DNA from: Deltaproteobacteria bacterium
Lineage (GTDB): Bacteria; Myxococcota_A; Polyangia; Fen-1088
Length of the DNA stretch: 64,000 nucleotides
Direction of reading: 5' to 3'
Assembly (NCBI GenBank): GCA_033763315.1
Contig: JANRKS010000040.1
Coordinates: 64,001 to 128,000, forward strand
Shown piece after piece: positions 37,289 through 47,602 of this stretch. The notes beneath the pieces were generated by a model, which searched no databases, was not told the DNA's origin, and worked only from the letters and a program-made list of their open reading frames with translations. Each line of letters begins with the position of its first letter. The stretch's first letter is position 1. Position numbers and translations under genes: made by a program.

Positions 37289-39355
37289 TTATGGCGACAG
37301 TTCTTTGACGAGGCGATCCGCGCCGTAAATCTTCCCAAGCGCGCGCAAGATCGCGATCGACGCCACCGACACAGTTCGATTGGTGGCCGGATCGAAACCG
37401 TAGTCGCCGCCCAACGATTGGATGTTTCCGTCGAACACCAAGCCAATCACCTCGCGTTCGGCCGTGATCACCGGCGAGCCTGAGTTGCCGCCGATGATGT
37501 CGTTGTTGCTGGCGAAGTTCAGCGGCGTTTGCAGATCGAAGGTGCGCTCCACATTGAGCCACGTCTTTGGCAGCGCAAACGGCTCGCGGCCCGTGTGCAA
37601 TTGAAAAGATCCCGCGAACGTTGTTATCGGCTGGACCATCTCATTGCCCTGCACGTAGCCTTTGATGCTGCCGTAGTTAAGGCGAGGTGAAAAGGTGGCG
37701 TCTGGATAGGTTTGTGTGCCTTCCAATACGAACCGCGCCTTAGCGATGCTCTCCGTATTTTGCAGCATCGTGGCGTCCACTTCGGTGTCCCACTCCTTAC
37801 GTACCAAACGCGCTTGCACGTCGATCTTCTGCGCCAGCGCCAGCAATGGATCCGATTTGGCTGCGGCGGCCACAGCGGCGGTTCCACCCTGCCAAAGCTT
37901 GCGCCTCACACCAACATCAGCCAGCCGTGTGCCTTTGACCAACGCCACCGCCAGTTCTTCGGGTGATTGTGGACCTAAGATCTGAACCACAAACGGGTGC
38001 GCTGGCCCAAGCTCTTCGCGCAGCTTCGTAAAGTAATGCGTTAGCAGCAGGGTTTGCACCTGGCTGTATACGGGCGCTTGGCTAAACAAACGCTGCAACA
38101 GCGTAGGCAGCGCCGACTCACGGAATTCTTCCAAGCGTTTTTCATTTGGCACGCCCAGCTCAGTTGTGCCGCGCACCAGTGTGCGGGCGATCTGCATCAA
38201 GTCGGACCGAACGCCGCCGTAGCCTTCGATGAAGAAGAATGATTTGCGAAGTTGCTTTTGCCGTTCAACCGCCTTAGCGATCGCATCCCACGCACCCGCC
38301 GTCGTGCGCCGCAACTGCGGATTCGCCGCCACTTTCGACCGCAAACGTCGTTCATCTGCAAGCTTGGCCGCCACCAGCTGGCCCTGCATCAGCGCGTTCC
38401 ATCGCCCGCGCACGGCTTTGAAACGATTCTCCACGCCAAAGAGAAGATCCTGCGACGTGCGGCGCTCTTCCGCGCCACGGCGGCCGTATTCCGTCAGCAC
38501 CCCCCGCAACTCAGACAACGACATCAACGCTTCGGGCAACGCCACGTCACGCTGGTAAACAAGTTGCGCCCACGTAAGCAGTCGTTCCGTGTTGCCAGGG
38601 TTTCCCGACACAAACGTCAACAAGCCTTCTTTGGGCTCATGACTTGACCAACGAAAATGTTCGGTCGTCACAGCGGGTTTGCCGCCTTCATAGGCACGCA
38701 CGAAGGAAACATCCAGGTCGTAGCGGGGGAAGGTGAAGTTATAGGGATCGCCACCAAAGAATGCAACGGCGTCTTCCGGCGCAAACACCAACCGCACATC
38801 CTCGAACCGCTTATACCTGTGCAGTCGGTATTGCCCGCCATGGTAAAGGCCAACCACTTCGCAGCGCGTTTGCTGGTCGGTTTGGCAAGCCCGTTCAAGC
38901 TCTGCCTGCGCCGCTTTAAGCGCGTCGTGGTAGCGCTCGCCTTGCAACCCTTGCGTGGCTTTGACCACGGCGGCGGTGACGTCGCGGATCTCTTGCAGTT
39001 GGTGCACCTCCATATCGGGGCACCGACGCTCATCGGCTTGTGCCTTCGCGGAAAACCCCATCGCCGCGAGGTCTTGCTCTTTGGTTGAAAGCGCCTGGAT
39101 GCACGTGCGCGCGCAGTGGTGGTTGGTGGCCACGAGGCCGGTGGCGCTTACAAAGCTGCCTGAACAGCCGCCCGCCAAGCGCACCGACGCGTGCATCACG
39201 TGGGCAAGCCAGGCGTCATCAGGCTCGAAGCCGTAAGCGGCTTTCACCTTTGCCTTGGGAAAGTTATCGAACGTCCACATGCCCTCGTCAGCACGCGCCA
39301 ACGTAGCTACAGACAGGCTCAAAACAACAGCACACCAGCCAGCAGAGCGAAACAT
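37289..39355 (-). CDS. Peptidase S46 (dipeptidyl peptidase, DPP7-type)
   Basis: Signal peptide plus ADEGMW, GCSGSFVS..GL..TNHHC, DIIGGNSGSP; FDGN has Gly at the S1 determinant (DPP7-like, not the Arg of DPP11). Confidence 0.95.
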   Translation of the reverse strand: MFRSAGWCAVVLSLSVATLARADEGMWTFDNFPKAKVKAAYGFEPDDAWLAHVMHASVRLAGGCSGSFVSATGLVATNHHCARTCIQALSTKEQDLAAMGFSAKAQADERRCPDMEVHQLQEIRDVTAAVVKATQGLQGERYHDALKAAQAELERACQTDQQTRCEVVGLYHGGQYRLHRYKRFEDVRLVFAPEDAVAFFGGDPYNFTFPRYDLDVSFVRAYEGGKPAVTTEHFRWSSHEPKEGLLTFVSGNPGNTERLLTWAQLVYQRDVALPEALMSLSELRGVLTEYGRRGAEERRTSQDLLFGVENRFKAVRGRWNALMQGQLVAAKLADERRLRSKVAANPQLRRTTAGAWDAIAKAVERQKQLRKSFFFIEGYGGVRSDLMQIARTLVRGTTELGVPNEKRLEEFRESALPTLLQRLFSQAPVYSQVQTLLLTHYFTKLREELGPAHPFVVQILGPQSPEELAVALVKGTRLADVGVRRKLWQGGTAAVAAAAKSDPLLALAQKIDVQARLVRKEWDTEVDATMLQNTESIAKARFVLEGTQTYPDATFSPRLNYGSIKGYVQGNEMVQPITTFAGSFQLHTGREPFALPKTWLNVERTFDLQTPLNFASNNDIIGGNSGSPVITAEREVIGLVFDGNIQSLGGDYGFDPATNRTVSVASIAILRALGKIYGADRLVKELSP

Positions 39356-39389
39356 GCGCGGCAGTGTAGCGGCTTTGTGCCCGTGGCGC

Positions 39390-40391
39390 TCAGCCGCCGC
39401 CGGCGTCGGGCACGGGCGCCAAGGATGCGGGCGGGGTGTAAGGCGCGAAAGCGGCCGCGGAAAGCCGTTCGGCGTTGAACGCGGCCAATTCGTGCGCGGA
39501 ATACGCGTGGGCCGAGCCGTACGGCAGGTTCATGCGTATGAACGAGAGAATCGCCGCGCGCATGGCGCCCGCACCCGACGCCCCCGCGTCGCCTTTGTCC
39601 TCTCGGCATTCATCCCAACGTGCGAACAGCAACTTGCGTCGCTCCGCCGTCGAAAGCGCGGTGTTGCCCCAGATCGCGGCAAGCTCACCCGTCAAAGAAA
39701 ACAGGGCCTGCCGTTCATTCTCTGCCTGCACCTTGAGACGTCGACAAAGCCGCTCCTCACGCGTGGCCTCGGCCAAACGATGCTGCTCATAACGATAGGG
39801 GTTCTCGCCCAGCTTCTTCATCACAGAATCGGTGACATCAAACACGATGCCGGCGCCTGCAATATGGGCGCTGGGATCAACAAAGCTTTCAATGCTGCCA
39901 TCGTCAGCCAGCTTCATCTTCACACCCGAGCGCCCCTCGATCACCTTTGCGTCTTTAGGCCCAGGGCTTCGCTTGATCACGTTGGGAACGCGGTTGGCAA
40001 ACATTTCATTTGGATCCTCGTCGCCCACCGGGGGCCCCACCATCGGCACCCGCGGCGCGGCCCGCAACGTCCACAACCGATCAACCGCCTCGTCCCCACG
40101 CACCGCGGGGGCGGTTTCGATTGTGGCTGGCTCCGAGGCGGGCACGGCACTTGTCCCCCGCACGCCAATGGCCGCGCGCGGCGGCCGGCCGGGCGCGGGC
40201 AACGCCTGCGGAACCTCTTTGAGTTCGGGAGTGGCCGCACGAGGCGTGATCGAGGGAGAGTAAACCACTTCAAGCTCAACGGCCGCGGGCGGATCCTGCA
40301 CAAGCGGATGGCTGCCCTTTCTCAAGAAGAGCACCAAAACGATGTGCACCACCGCGGAGGCCACGGTTGCCGCCCAAATGCGCCTCGACAC
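39390..40391 (-). CDS. Hypothetical membrane-anchored protein
   Basis: N-terminal S..VH TM anchor, Pro-rich linker, helical domain FDVTD..M...GENPY...LF.RWDEC. Confidence 0.72.
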   Translation of the reverse strand: MSRRIWAATVASAVVHIVLVLFLRKGSHPLVQDPPAAVELEVVYSPSITPRAATPELKEVPQALPAPGRPPRAAIGVRGTSAVPASEPATIETAPAVRGDEAVDRLWTLRAAPRVPMVGPPVGDEDPNEMFANRVPNVIKRSPGPKDAKVIEGRSGVKMKLADDGSIESFVDPSAHIAGAGIVFDVTDSVMKKLGENPYRYEQHRLAEATREERLCRRLKVQAENERQALFSLTGELAAIWGNTALSTAERRKLLFARWDECREDKGDAGASGAGAMRAAILSFIRMNLPYGSAHAYSAHELAAFNAERLSAAAFAPYTPPASLAPVPDAGGG

Positions 40392-40469
40392 CCGAGGACT
40401 CTAGCGCAGGTCTAGCGTCAGGGGGAAGCCGAGGCGCATGCCTGACTTGAAGCGGCTGCCTATTGTAGG

Positions 40470-40904
40470 ATGCCGCCCATGCCCACCATCAAGCTTGCGC
40501 CGACTCCGGAAGATCACCGGCTTTGTTTCCCCGTGATGAAACAACTGCGCCCACATTTGACGGAGGACGAATTCGTTGAACGCGTGGGCAGGCAGGCCCG
40601 CGAAGGTTACTTGCTGGCATACTTGGAAGATGAGGGTGAAGTTCGCGGGGTCGCCGGCTTTCGTATTTTCGAATGCCTTCACCAGGGGCGATTCCTTTAC
40701 GTCGACGATCTGGTGACGGACGAACGTTCACGGTCGCGCGGCTATGGCGATAAACTGTTTGATTGGCTCGCGGCTAAGGCGCGCGCCGACGGTTGCGAAG
40801 CACTCACCCTAGACTCTGGCGTGCAAAGACACGACGCGCACCGCTTCTACCTGCGTAAGCGCATGCGCATTGCTAGCTACCACTTCTCGCTGCCTCTTTC
40901 ATAA
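40470..40904 (+). CDS. GNAT acetyltransferase
   Basis: LYVDDLVT....RSRGYG..L, LDSGVQR.DAHRFY. Confidence 0.95.
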   Translation: MPPMPTIKLAPTPEDHRLCFPVMKQLRPHLTEDEFVERVGRQAREGYLLAYLEDEGEVRGVAGFRIFECLHQGRFLYVDDLVTDERSRSRGYGDKLFDWLAAKARADGCEALTLDSGVQRHDAHRFYLRKRMRIASYHFSLPLS

Positions 40905-40933
40905 AGGCCGCGGACGCGGCGTTCCGCTGCCCG

Positions 40934-42268
40934 TTAAGCGATGCCCGGCAACGTGCCGCTGTTGCGGGGACCAATGCCGAAGCTGTTGTCAGACATGCCG
41001 AACAACTGCATGATCGTCACGAACAAACGGTTTGTGGAAGACGTGCCGTTGGCGAAGCTGAGGAATCGATCGGTGCGAATTTTGCCGCCCAAGCTGCCAG
41101 CCAGAATAATGGGGATGCCCATGGTGCTGTGAGACGCGCCATCACCGTATTCGGTGATCCACATGACCAGCGAGTTATCCAACATGGTGCCGTCACCCTC
41201 GGGTACGGCGTTCATAGCGTCAAGAATGTCCTTGAACGCGCTGGCGTACCACGTGAAACCTTTTTGCAGCTCACTGGCAGGCGAGCGTTCGTGCACGCAT
41301 TGATGCCACCCCCCTGGTAAGGAAACGTTGCCCAGCCACGGGAAGCTTTGCGAATCGTAGTTCGTGTCCTGAATTGTGACGATCTGCGCGAAGTTGCAGG
41401 CCATCGCCATCGCGGCGTTCATCGCTTGAGCGCGGTTGACCTTCGAGCCATCGCCCGTTGGTAGCGTGCCAGGCGAGCCACATTTTGCCGCCAATCCACC
41501 TCCCGACGGGATCGGCGTGTTGACGCTTCCCAACTCCTTTTCGAGATCACTCAGACGCTGGGCGTGAATGTCGAGGCGCGTTTGATCCTCTTTGCCCAGT
41601 TGGTTGCGAACGCTCGTGAAGTTCTCCTTCACCAGCGATAGGATGTCTTTGTTCTTGGCGCGCAAACGATCGGCGGCGGTTGCTACAGGAACAGGCGGAG
41701 GTGCGCCACCACCTGTGGCGGGCAACGTCTTGAACAAGCGGTCGAACACCCGCTGAGGGTTGGCCTCGCCGCTGACCGATTGGCCCGGGCCGGAGAACAA
41801 CATCTGGTATTCGCCCACGCCATCGCCGTTGACCTTCAATTCAAGGCTTTTGACGCCCAGCTTTTGCTTCATGTACTGATCAATAGACGGGCCTTTGGCG
41901 GGGCTCCCTTCCCCGTTGGTGAAGTCATTGCATGACAAGATCGAACGCCCCGCCTTGTTGTGGCCGTTGCCACTCATCATGTCGCCGACGACGTTGTCGA
42001 CCGGGTGTAGCAAGTTCAGTTTCGACTTGTACTGATTGAGAGGCGTCAGCACGGGCGGCAAGGCCGCAGGCAACGCAGCACCCGAAGCCACGTTCGGCTT
42101 CCACAGGTTGATCATGTTGCCTTCACCGCTAAAGTAGATCAGCAAGCGCTTGGGGGCGCCCGTTTGCGCAAACGATTTCCCTGCCGTCAATTCAAGCCAG
42201 GGCAAGCCCAACACGGCGCCTGCGGAACCACGGATGAGCGTTCGTCGAGTGATGTTTTTGAAGTGCAT
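40934..42268 (-). CDS. DUF1552-domain protein
   Basis: TRRTLIRG...LGLPWLE twin-arginine-like start, SIDQ, NP.RVFDRLF, PEGDGTMLDNS...TE.GDG.SH...IP.ILAG. Confidence 0.9.
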   Translation of the reverse strand: MHFKNITRRTLIRGSAGAVLGLPWLELTAGKSFAQTGAPKRLLIYFSGEGNMINLWKPNVASGAALPAALPPVLTPLNQYKSKLNLLHPVDNVVGDMMSGNGHNKAGRSILSCNDFTNGEGSPAKGPSIDQYMKQKLGVKSLELKVNGDGVGEYQMLFSGPGQSVSGEANPQRVFDRLFKTLPATGGGAPPPVPVATAADRLRAKNKDILSLVKENFTSVRNQLGKEDQTRLDIHAQRLSDLEKELGSVNTPIPSGGGLAAKCGSPGTLPTGDGSKVNRAQAMNAAMAMACNFAQIVTIQDTNYDSQSFPWLGNVSLPGGWHQCVHERSPASELQKGFTWYASAFKDILDAMNAVPEGDGTMLDNSLVMWITEYGDGASHSTMGIPIILAGSLGGKIRTDRFLSFANGTSSTNRLFVTIMQLFGMSDNSFGIGPRNSGTLPGIA

Positions 42269-42279
42269 TTTGAAACTCC

Positions 42280-43938
42280 TTACTGCACGCGCCGAAAACG
42301 GAACTCATCGGCGGTGACAACCGCCATAACCAGATCGCGCAAGCCTAAGCCAGAATCCGCGAACTTCTTCGCTACCCCTTGGATCGAGCAGCTGTCAGCG
42401 TCGCCGTCGGTCCTCGCATAGCTAAAGCGGAACAGTTGGCGCGACAAACACTCGTGCACCGCGGGGCTCTCAGCCAACCGGCCACCAAGATCGTTGAGCG
42501 AAGTGAACTTGCCCTCAAGCTCCTTCGACGCAGGCTCAACAAACTCACCGCTGGCGTCGATGGCCGAACCATCTTTGGCTTTTTGCCTGAACCGCCCCAG
42601 CTCGTCGAAAGCCTCGAAGCCGAAGCCCAGAGGATCGATCAAGTGGTGGCAGCCGCCACAACGGGGGTTAGCCACACGCACGGTCGATCGCTGCCGTTGG
42701 GTGGCATCCGCAGGCAAGGTAAGGCCCGTTTCAACTGTAAGAGCGTCGTTGGGGGGCGCCGGGAAGGCTTCGCAGGTAAGCTTCGTGCGGACGAACACGC
42801 TGCGGCGAATCGGCGAGGTATCGGTGGAACTGGCCAAACCCGTCAACAAAGCGGGCTGGGTTAACAACCCCGAACGGCCTGTGTAACCACCATTGGCCTT
42901 GATAAAGGCGTCCAAAGTTGGGTTGGCAAACGGCGCGTCTGACGTGAGAAACGTCTTTAAGGTTTTGCCATCGCTCAAGAAGCTGTCAGCCGCGAACTTC
43001 TCGAACTCTGATTGCATCGCTGTGGCAAGTTCAGCGGTATATAACTTGTCGGCCCGTTGACCAGCCGCGGGCAACTTGAAATGCGCCCACTCGCTCACGA
43101 AACGCGCGATGGTGGCACGCGCCTTCGGATCACCCAGCAAACGATCCGCTTGCGCACGAATGTCGTTGGCAGAGTTCAACTTGCCGGCAGCGGCCGCGTC
43201 CAATAACGCGTCGTCTGGAACGGAATCCCATAACAGAAACGACAAACGCGATGCCACTTCATAGCTTGTCAACGCAAGCACTTCGGCGCCCGAGTTGCTT
43301 CCGGCCTCCGTTTGATACGTGAATTCAGGCGAGTTCAAAATCGTTGCCACAACGGCAGCGATGCCGTCCTTGAAGGCGTCGGTGCCCGTGCCGAGTTTGA
43401 AGGCTTTGAGCAAGGTGGCCTTTTCGGAATCAAGCAAAGGCCGACGATAGGCGCGGCGGCCGTAAGTGTCGATGAAGGTTTGGGCACAGGCTTCGTTTGG
43501 CGTTGAAGCACACGGCAACAAAGTTGAAAGCTTATCGACCACCGAAAGCGGAATTGTGATGGCCGCATCATTGAGCTCGCGGGCCACGCCAAGATCAACG
43601 GCGTTGTACCCCGTGTCCGTGGTGAAACCAGACGTTGGCGCGCCCAAGGTTGGAATCGCAAAATCTTTGGGCAACGTGGCCTGGCCCTGAAAAATGTCAC
43701 GGATGGCGTTGCGGTACTGCACTTCCGTGAGCCTGCGCATGGGGACCGCCACCCGGCACGCACCGGGGGGGTTTGGTTCCACAGTGCCGCCACCGCCACC
43801 CGAGTCCCCACCGCCACCACCGCCGCGATCGCCACCAGACTCGCCGCCGGCTTGGCCCACGGAGCCAGTGCAGGCGCCACCCACCAGGGCGAAACCCGCA
43901 AACAGGAAGAACGCCGATCGAAATTCTTTGTGCAACAC
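42280..43938 (-). CDS. DUF1592/1587/1595/1588/1585 multi-domain lipoprotein with CxxCH
   Basis: AGGAGG then GTG; lipobox GGAC; RRLT..QY.NAIRD, RAYRRPL, YEVASRLSF.LW.S.PDD, TSPIRR, CGGCH..IDPLGF.FE.FD. Confidence 0.9.
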   Translation of the reverse strand: MLHKEFRSAFFLFAGFALVGGACTGSVGQAGGESGGDRGGGGGGDSGGGGGTVEPNPPGACRVAVPMRRLTEVQYRNAIRDIFQGQATLPKDFAIPTLGAPTSGFTTDTGYNAVDLGVARELNDAAITIPLSVVDKLSTLLPCASTPNEACAQTFIDTYGRRAYRRPLLDSEKATLLKAFKLGTGTDAFKDGIAAVVATILNSPEFTYQTEAGSNSGAEVLALTSYEVASRLSFLLWDSVPDDALLDAAAAGKLNSANDIRAQADRLLGDPKARATIARFVSEWAHFKLPAAGQRADKLYTAELATAMQSEFEKFAADSFLSDGKTLKTFLTSDAPFANPTLDAFIKANGGYTGRSGLLTQPALLTGLASSTDTSPIRRSVFVRTKLTCEAFPAPPNDALTVETGLTLPADATQRQRSTVRVANPRCGGCHHLIDPLGFGFEAFDELGRFRQKAKDGSAIDASGEFVEPASKELEGKFTSLNDLGGRLAESPAVHECLSRQLFRFSYARTDGDADSCSIQGVAKKFADSGLGLRDLVMAVVTADEFRFRRVQ

Positions 43939-44201
43939 TTTTGAACCTCCTAGTGCCACCACCGGTCGTCCCCGGGTGGGGAGCCGCCAAACGAGCCGCT
44001 CCCGTGTTTCGTTACTCTAACGCCCAGTTCCCTGAAGTGAATCACCTGTTCGTTGGATGGAACGTTTTTTGGTACTAAAGCACTAGAAGACCTACCCAAT
44101 CGGCAGCACGGAGCAAATTGCTTAATGGCTTCCAGCGGTATGAGACACGCAGACGCACGTACTCCGCGCGACACTAGAATACCTTCCCATACAAAGTTCA
44201 A

Positions 44202-44238
44202 AGGCGCACCCTGAGCTCAAGTGGCCCGGGGTGCGCCT
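44202..44238 (-). terminator. Intrinsic terminator-like hairpin downstream of the protease gene
   Basis: AGGCGCACCC...GGGTGCGCCT stem followed by TTGAACTTT on the minus strand. Confidence 0.6.
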
Positions 44239-44262
44239 CAGCTGCATTGCGTCTGCTCTTGT

Positions 44263-45594
44263 CTACTTCACAGAAAACGACTTATTCGCGAGAGCGGAGA
44301 AATCGGGTGCTTTTTTGGGGTCGCCCTTCGGTGCGGGAGGCGGGGCCAGCACTGTGTCTCCACACGCGACTCCAACCGGCGTGGCCTGACACTGCAAGCC
44401 CAACAAGTCGCAATCGAGCGCCGAGATTCGGCGTGCGCCTTCACCTATGCCTGTGCAACGGGAGGCCACGTTGCCAACGCACGAACCGGCGTCTGTGAGA
44501 TCCTTGCAGGGGTCAGTCCACTTGGCTGACGCTTTGACGTAAGCCAACACTTCCGTGCCGAAGGTGGCGTACACAGTGCCGAAGTCGCAGACGCTCTTTG
44601 ATGAGCCCACGCCACCGGAGACCACACCCCAGGCTTCATAGTTGGCTGTCTTGGCGTTATAGCGAATCAACGGGCTGCCCGAATCGCCGTAGCAAGGTTG
44701 TGCGTCGCCAGGCTGGCCACCGGTCACCGCTTCATACCCGCTCAGCAACAGAGTTGAGTCGTAAATGTAGCGTGCAAAGGCCGTGGGATCGTAGGGAGGA
44801 AAACCTCCGTCATTAATGCCGCCGCCACCATCCACAGCGACGCCTCCATCGGCGACAGAGCCACCGGCATCCGTGGGCGTGGGCATCGGCGGACGCGCAT
44901 CAGACGAATCGAGTGTCCCGCTGTAATAGCCTTGGCTCGTGAACCAAGCGTAGAACTTATCGAAGTTGCCAAACAGCGCCTCGAAGACCCGGCCCTCAAC
45001 CGCTTTCACCGTTTGCGTGCCCACGCGGCGTTGACCAGATTGGCCGGCGTTGTTCATCACGCCATAACCGATGGCCACCATCTTCTGGCCAATCTGCTTT
45101 TCGGTAAGAGTCTTTGGAACCACGGGCGCAATGTCTGTGACGGGTGATTCCAGATGAACCACCGCCACGTCTTGCCCCATACCGACGAAGCCACCGATGT
45201 CGCCCGGGGCTTGATCGTACTCAACGATGGGAATGATGCGCGACGGGGCCGCCGAGTTAGAGCCCACAGCGAAGCCGGCCTTGAGCCCGTAGTACGAGAT
45301 TTGATCCAGGATCTGGGCACAGTGTTTCGCCGTCATCACGCTTTCGGCGCCCACCAAGGATCCACTGCAAAAGGCTTCCGGTGGGCTATACGGCGATCTG
45401 GGATCGTAGGCCACCAAGGCCCCCACAAAATCGAGACGTTTGTCACCCGCGGGAAAACCTCCGATCAACTCTTGCGCTTCGGGGTCATCGGGCGTGGCGG
45501 GCGTTTGAGGGGAAGCGCCATCGCAGCCGAAGCCACTCAATGTTGCGGAGATGGTGAAAATTAAACTCGTACGTCGAAGAATATTGGTTTTCAT
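44263..45594 (-). CDS. Trypsin-like (S1) serine protease lipoprotein
   Basis: GAGGAG RBS; lipobox GFGC; CSGSL...VMTAKHC, DVAVVHL, CYGDSGSP; C-terminal Cys-rich module. Confidence 0.92.
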   Translation of the reverse strand: MKTNILRRTSLIFTISATLSGFGCDGASPQTPATPDDPEAQELIGGFPAGDKRLDFVGALVAYDPRSPYSPPEAFCSGSLVGAESVMTAKHCAQILDQISYYGLKAGFAVGSNSAAPSRIIPIVEYDQAPGDIGGFVGMGQDVAVVHLESPVTDIAPVVPKTLTEKQIGQKMVAIGYGVMNNAGQSGQRRVGTQTVKAVEGRVFEALFGNFDKFYAWFTSQGYYSGTLDSSDARPPMPTPTDAGGSVADGGVAVDGGGGINDGGFPPYDPTAFARYIYDSTLLLSGYEAVTGGQPGDAQPCYGDSGSPLIRYNAKTANYEAWGVVSGGVGSSKSVCDFGTVYATFGTEVLAYVKASAKWTDPCKDLTDAGSCVGNVASRCTGIGEGARRISALDCDLLGLQCQATPVGVACGDTVLAPPPAPKGDPKKAPDFSALANKSFSVK

Positions 45595-45731
45595 AGAAAG
45601 CTCCTCAGTTCACGGACAAATCCCTGACCGGTCTGCGCAGAGGTTGTCGCAGAGAAACTTTCGCCATAGCCCCAGCTGGGTGGCCCTTAGTAACGATGGG
45701 CGCGGACCTTGGATGCCCTATAGTGCCGCGG

Positions 45732-47513
45732 ATGCTCGCTCGTTTTGCCTTCACCGTTGCTGTTGTCGCTGTTGCAGCCTCTGCGTCTTTTGCACAAGTG
45801 GCGCCTCCCTTACCTTTGGATCTGCAGTACGTACCGCTTAGCCACGACGGCTCTTATCTGACCCTGGCACATCTGACAGCCACCGATACACGAAGCGAGG
45901 GGCTCTATCTGCGCAGTGTCAGGGGGGCGACAGATCATCAAAGCATGCTGCTCTTCGAAACTTTGCGAAATGGGGCGGTGGTGCGAACGCGTGAACACGC
46001 GACGGCGCTGGGTGTTCGTTTGCAGGCCGAAGGTGGCGCCGTGGAGCTGGCCTTCGATGGGCCTGGATCCGTGCGTGTGCGATCAAGTGGCGGTCTCAGC
46101 GTGCGCGTGAAGGTTGTATATCTGCGCGACGCGGACGACGCGTGGCGGGCGGCCGCTGATCGGGTGGTGCTGAATGTGGCCTCGAATAAACTGAAGCTGA
46201 TGCTGCAAACGATGCAGGGGCAGATGGAGGTGGTGCGAGGTCAAGCGCCCAAGAGCCTTGGTTTCATCGTTACCCCAGGGGCCGACGATGTTGCGGAGGT
46301 GGCGATCGATGAGTTTCATTCCACGTGGCGTGCGCCCGCCGCCCGGCCATCGTTCGAGCGATTGGGGCCCGCCATCGCCGACAAGCTTTCGGCCTGGCGC
46401 AGGCAGCTGCCGCGCGCACCAATAGATCTTGAGGCGGGCGCTCGGATGGCGTCGTTCATCTTGTGGTCGAACCGCGTGGGCCCACGGTTGCTATTGTCTC
46501 GCAAGGCGATCTTCTCAACCAAGAATACCTTGATCGGCGATTGGGGCTGGGATCACGCTTTTCATGCGCTGGCGTTGGCCGCCGAAGCGCCCGACGCTGC
46601 GTGGGATGAACTGATGGTGGTCCTCGAAGCGCAAGATGAATATGGCGCCATCCCCGATCGTCTCAACGATACCGTTCGCACCTTCGACTTCACCAAGCCG
46701 CCTGTTCAGGGCTGGGCGCTTCGGCGGATGATGAAAGACAATCCCCAGGCCTTCATCAAGCCAGCCCGCACGAAGGAGGTCTACGTGCGGCTGGTGCAGC
46801 AAGCGCAATGGTGGTTGAGCCGCGATGACGATCACGATGGTTTGCCACAGTACGAGCACGGCAATGATTCAGGCTGGGACAATGCCTCGCCTTTCGTGTT
46901 GGGCGTGCCTTTGGAATCGCCTGACTTAGCCTCCTATTTGGCGGTGAAAATGGATGTTCTGGCCGATCTGGCGGGACGTCTGGGTAAGCAGGCGGAAGCG
47001 CGTGAATGGAAGCAACGGTCAACGGCGCTAATCGAGAAGATGCTGTCCGCGTTCTGGCGAGCGGATCGCTTCGTGGCCACACTTTCGGGCACCGACCGCT
47101 TCATCGCCAGCGATTCGCTGCTGTTGTGGGTGCCGCTGATCTTGGGCAACAGGCTCCCCGCAGCCGTTCGCTCCAGCTTGCTCAACACGATCACTAAGTT
47201 CGTCACCGCGCAAGGGCTGGCCACCGAGTGGCCGCAGAGCCCGCTCTATGAACCCGACGGTTATTGGCGGGGCCCCGTATGGGGTCCTTCCACGCTGCTT
47301 ATCGTTGATGGCCTCTTGGCGTCGGGCGCGCGCGATTTAGCGTTGCAGGTGGCGCGTGCCTATTGCCGAACGCTTCAGTCAACGTCGATGCCCGAAAACT
47401 ATGATGCGCTGACGGGGCAGCCGCGCAAAGACACGGCGTTCAGCTGGACCGCAGCAGCCTACTTGGTACTCGCAGGGGAGTTAGCGACTGGGCCGCAAGA
47501 CGTCCGCAGATGA
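45732..47513 (+). CDS. Secreted GH63/MGH1-like (alpha/alpha)6 glycoside hydrolase
   Basis: Signal peptide; WGWDHAF, KPPVQGW, HGNDSGWDN, YWRGPVW, ENYDALTG, FSWTAA. Confidence 0.88.
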   Translation: MLARFAFTVAVVAVAASASFAQVAPPLPLDLQYVPLSHDGSYLTLAHLTATDTRSEGLYLRSVRGATDHQSMLLFETLRNGAVVRTREHATALGVRLQAEGGAVELAFDGPGSVRVRSSGGLSVRVKVVYLRDADDAWRAAADRVVLNVASNKLKLMLQTMQGQMEVVRGQAPKSLGFIVTPGADDVAEVAIDEFHSTWRAPAARPSFERLGPAIADKLSAWRRQLPRAPIDLEAGARMASFILWSNRVGPRLLLSRKAIFSTKNTLIGDWGWDHAFHALALAAEAPDAAWDELMVVLEAQDEYGAIPDRLNDTVRTFDFTKPPVQGWALRRMMKDNPQAFIKPARTKEVYVRLVQQAQWWLSRDDDHDGLPQYEHGNDSGWDNASPFVLGVPLESPDLASYLAVKMDVLADLAGRLGKQAEAREWKQRSTALIEKMLSAFWRADRFVATLSGTDRFIASDSLLLWVPLILGNRLPAAVRSSLLNTITKFVTAQGLATEWPQSPLYEPDGYWRGPVWGPSTLLIVDGLLASGARDLALQVARAYCRTLQSTSMPENYDALTGQPRKDTAFSWTAAAYLVLAGELATGPQDVRR

Positions 47514-47602
47514 TCGATTTGGTTTCGCTCACGCATCATCAGCAAGCCCTTCTTACGTGACCGTCTCAAACACCACCGGCACGTTCGCACTTTGAAGGCC
47601 GC

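Noticed and set aside
39255-40415. Long antisense ORFs (also 10072-10995, 17264-18088, 28633-29502)
   Set aside because: They are shadow frames of well-supported opposite-strand genes, expected at high GC.
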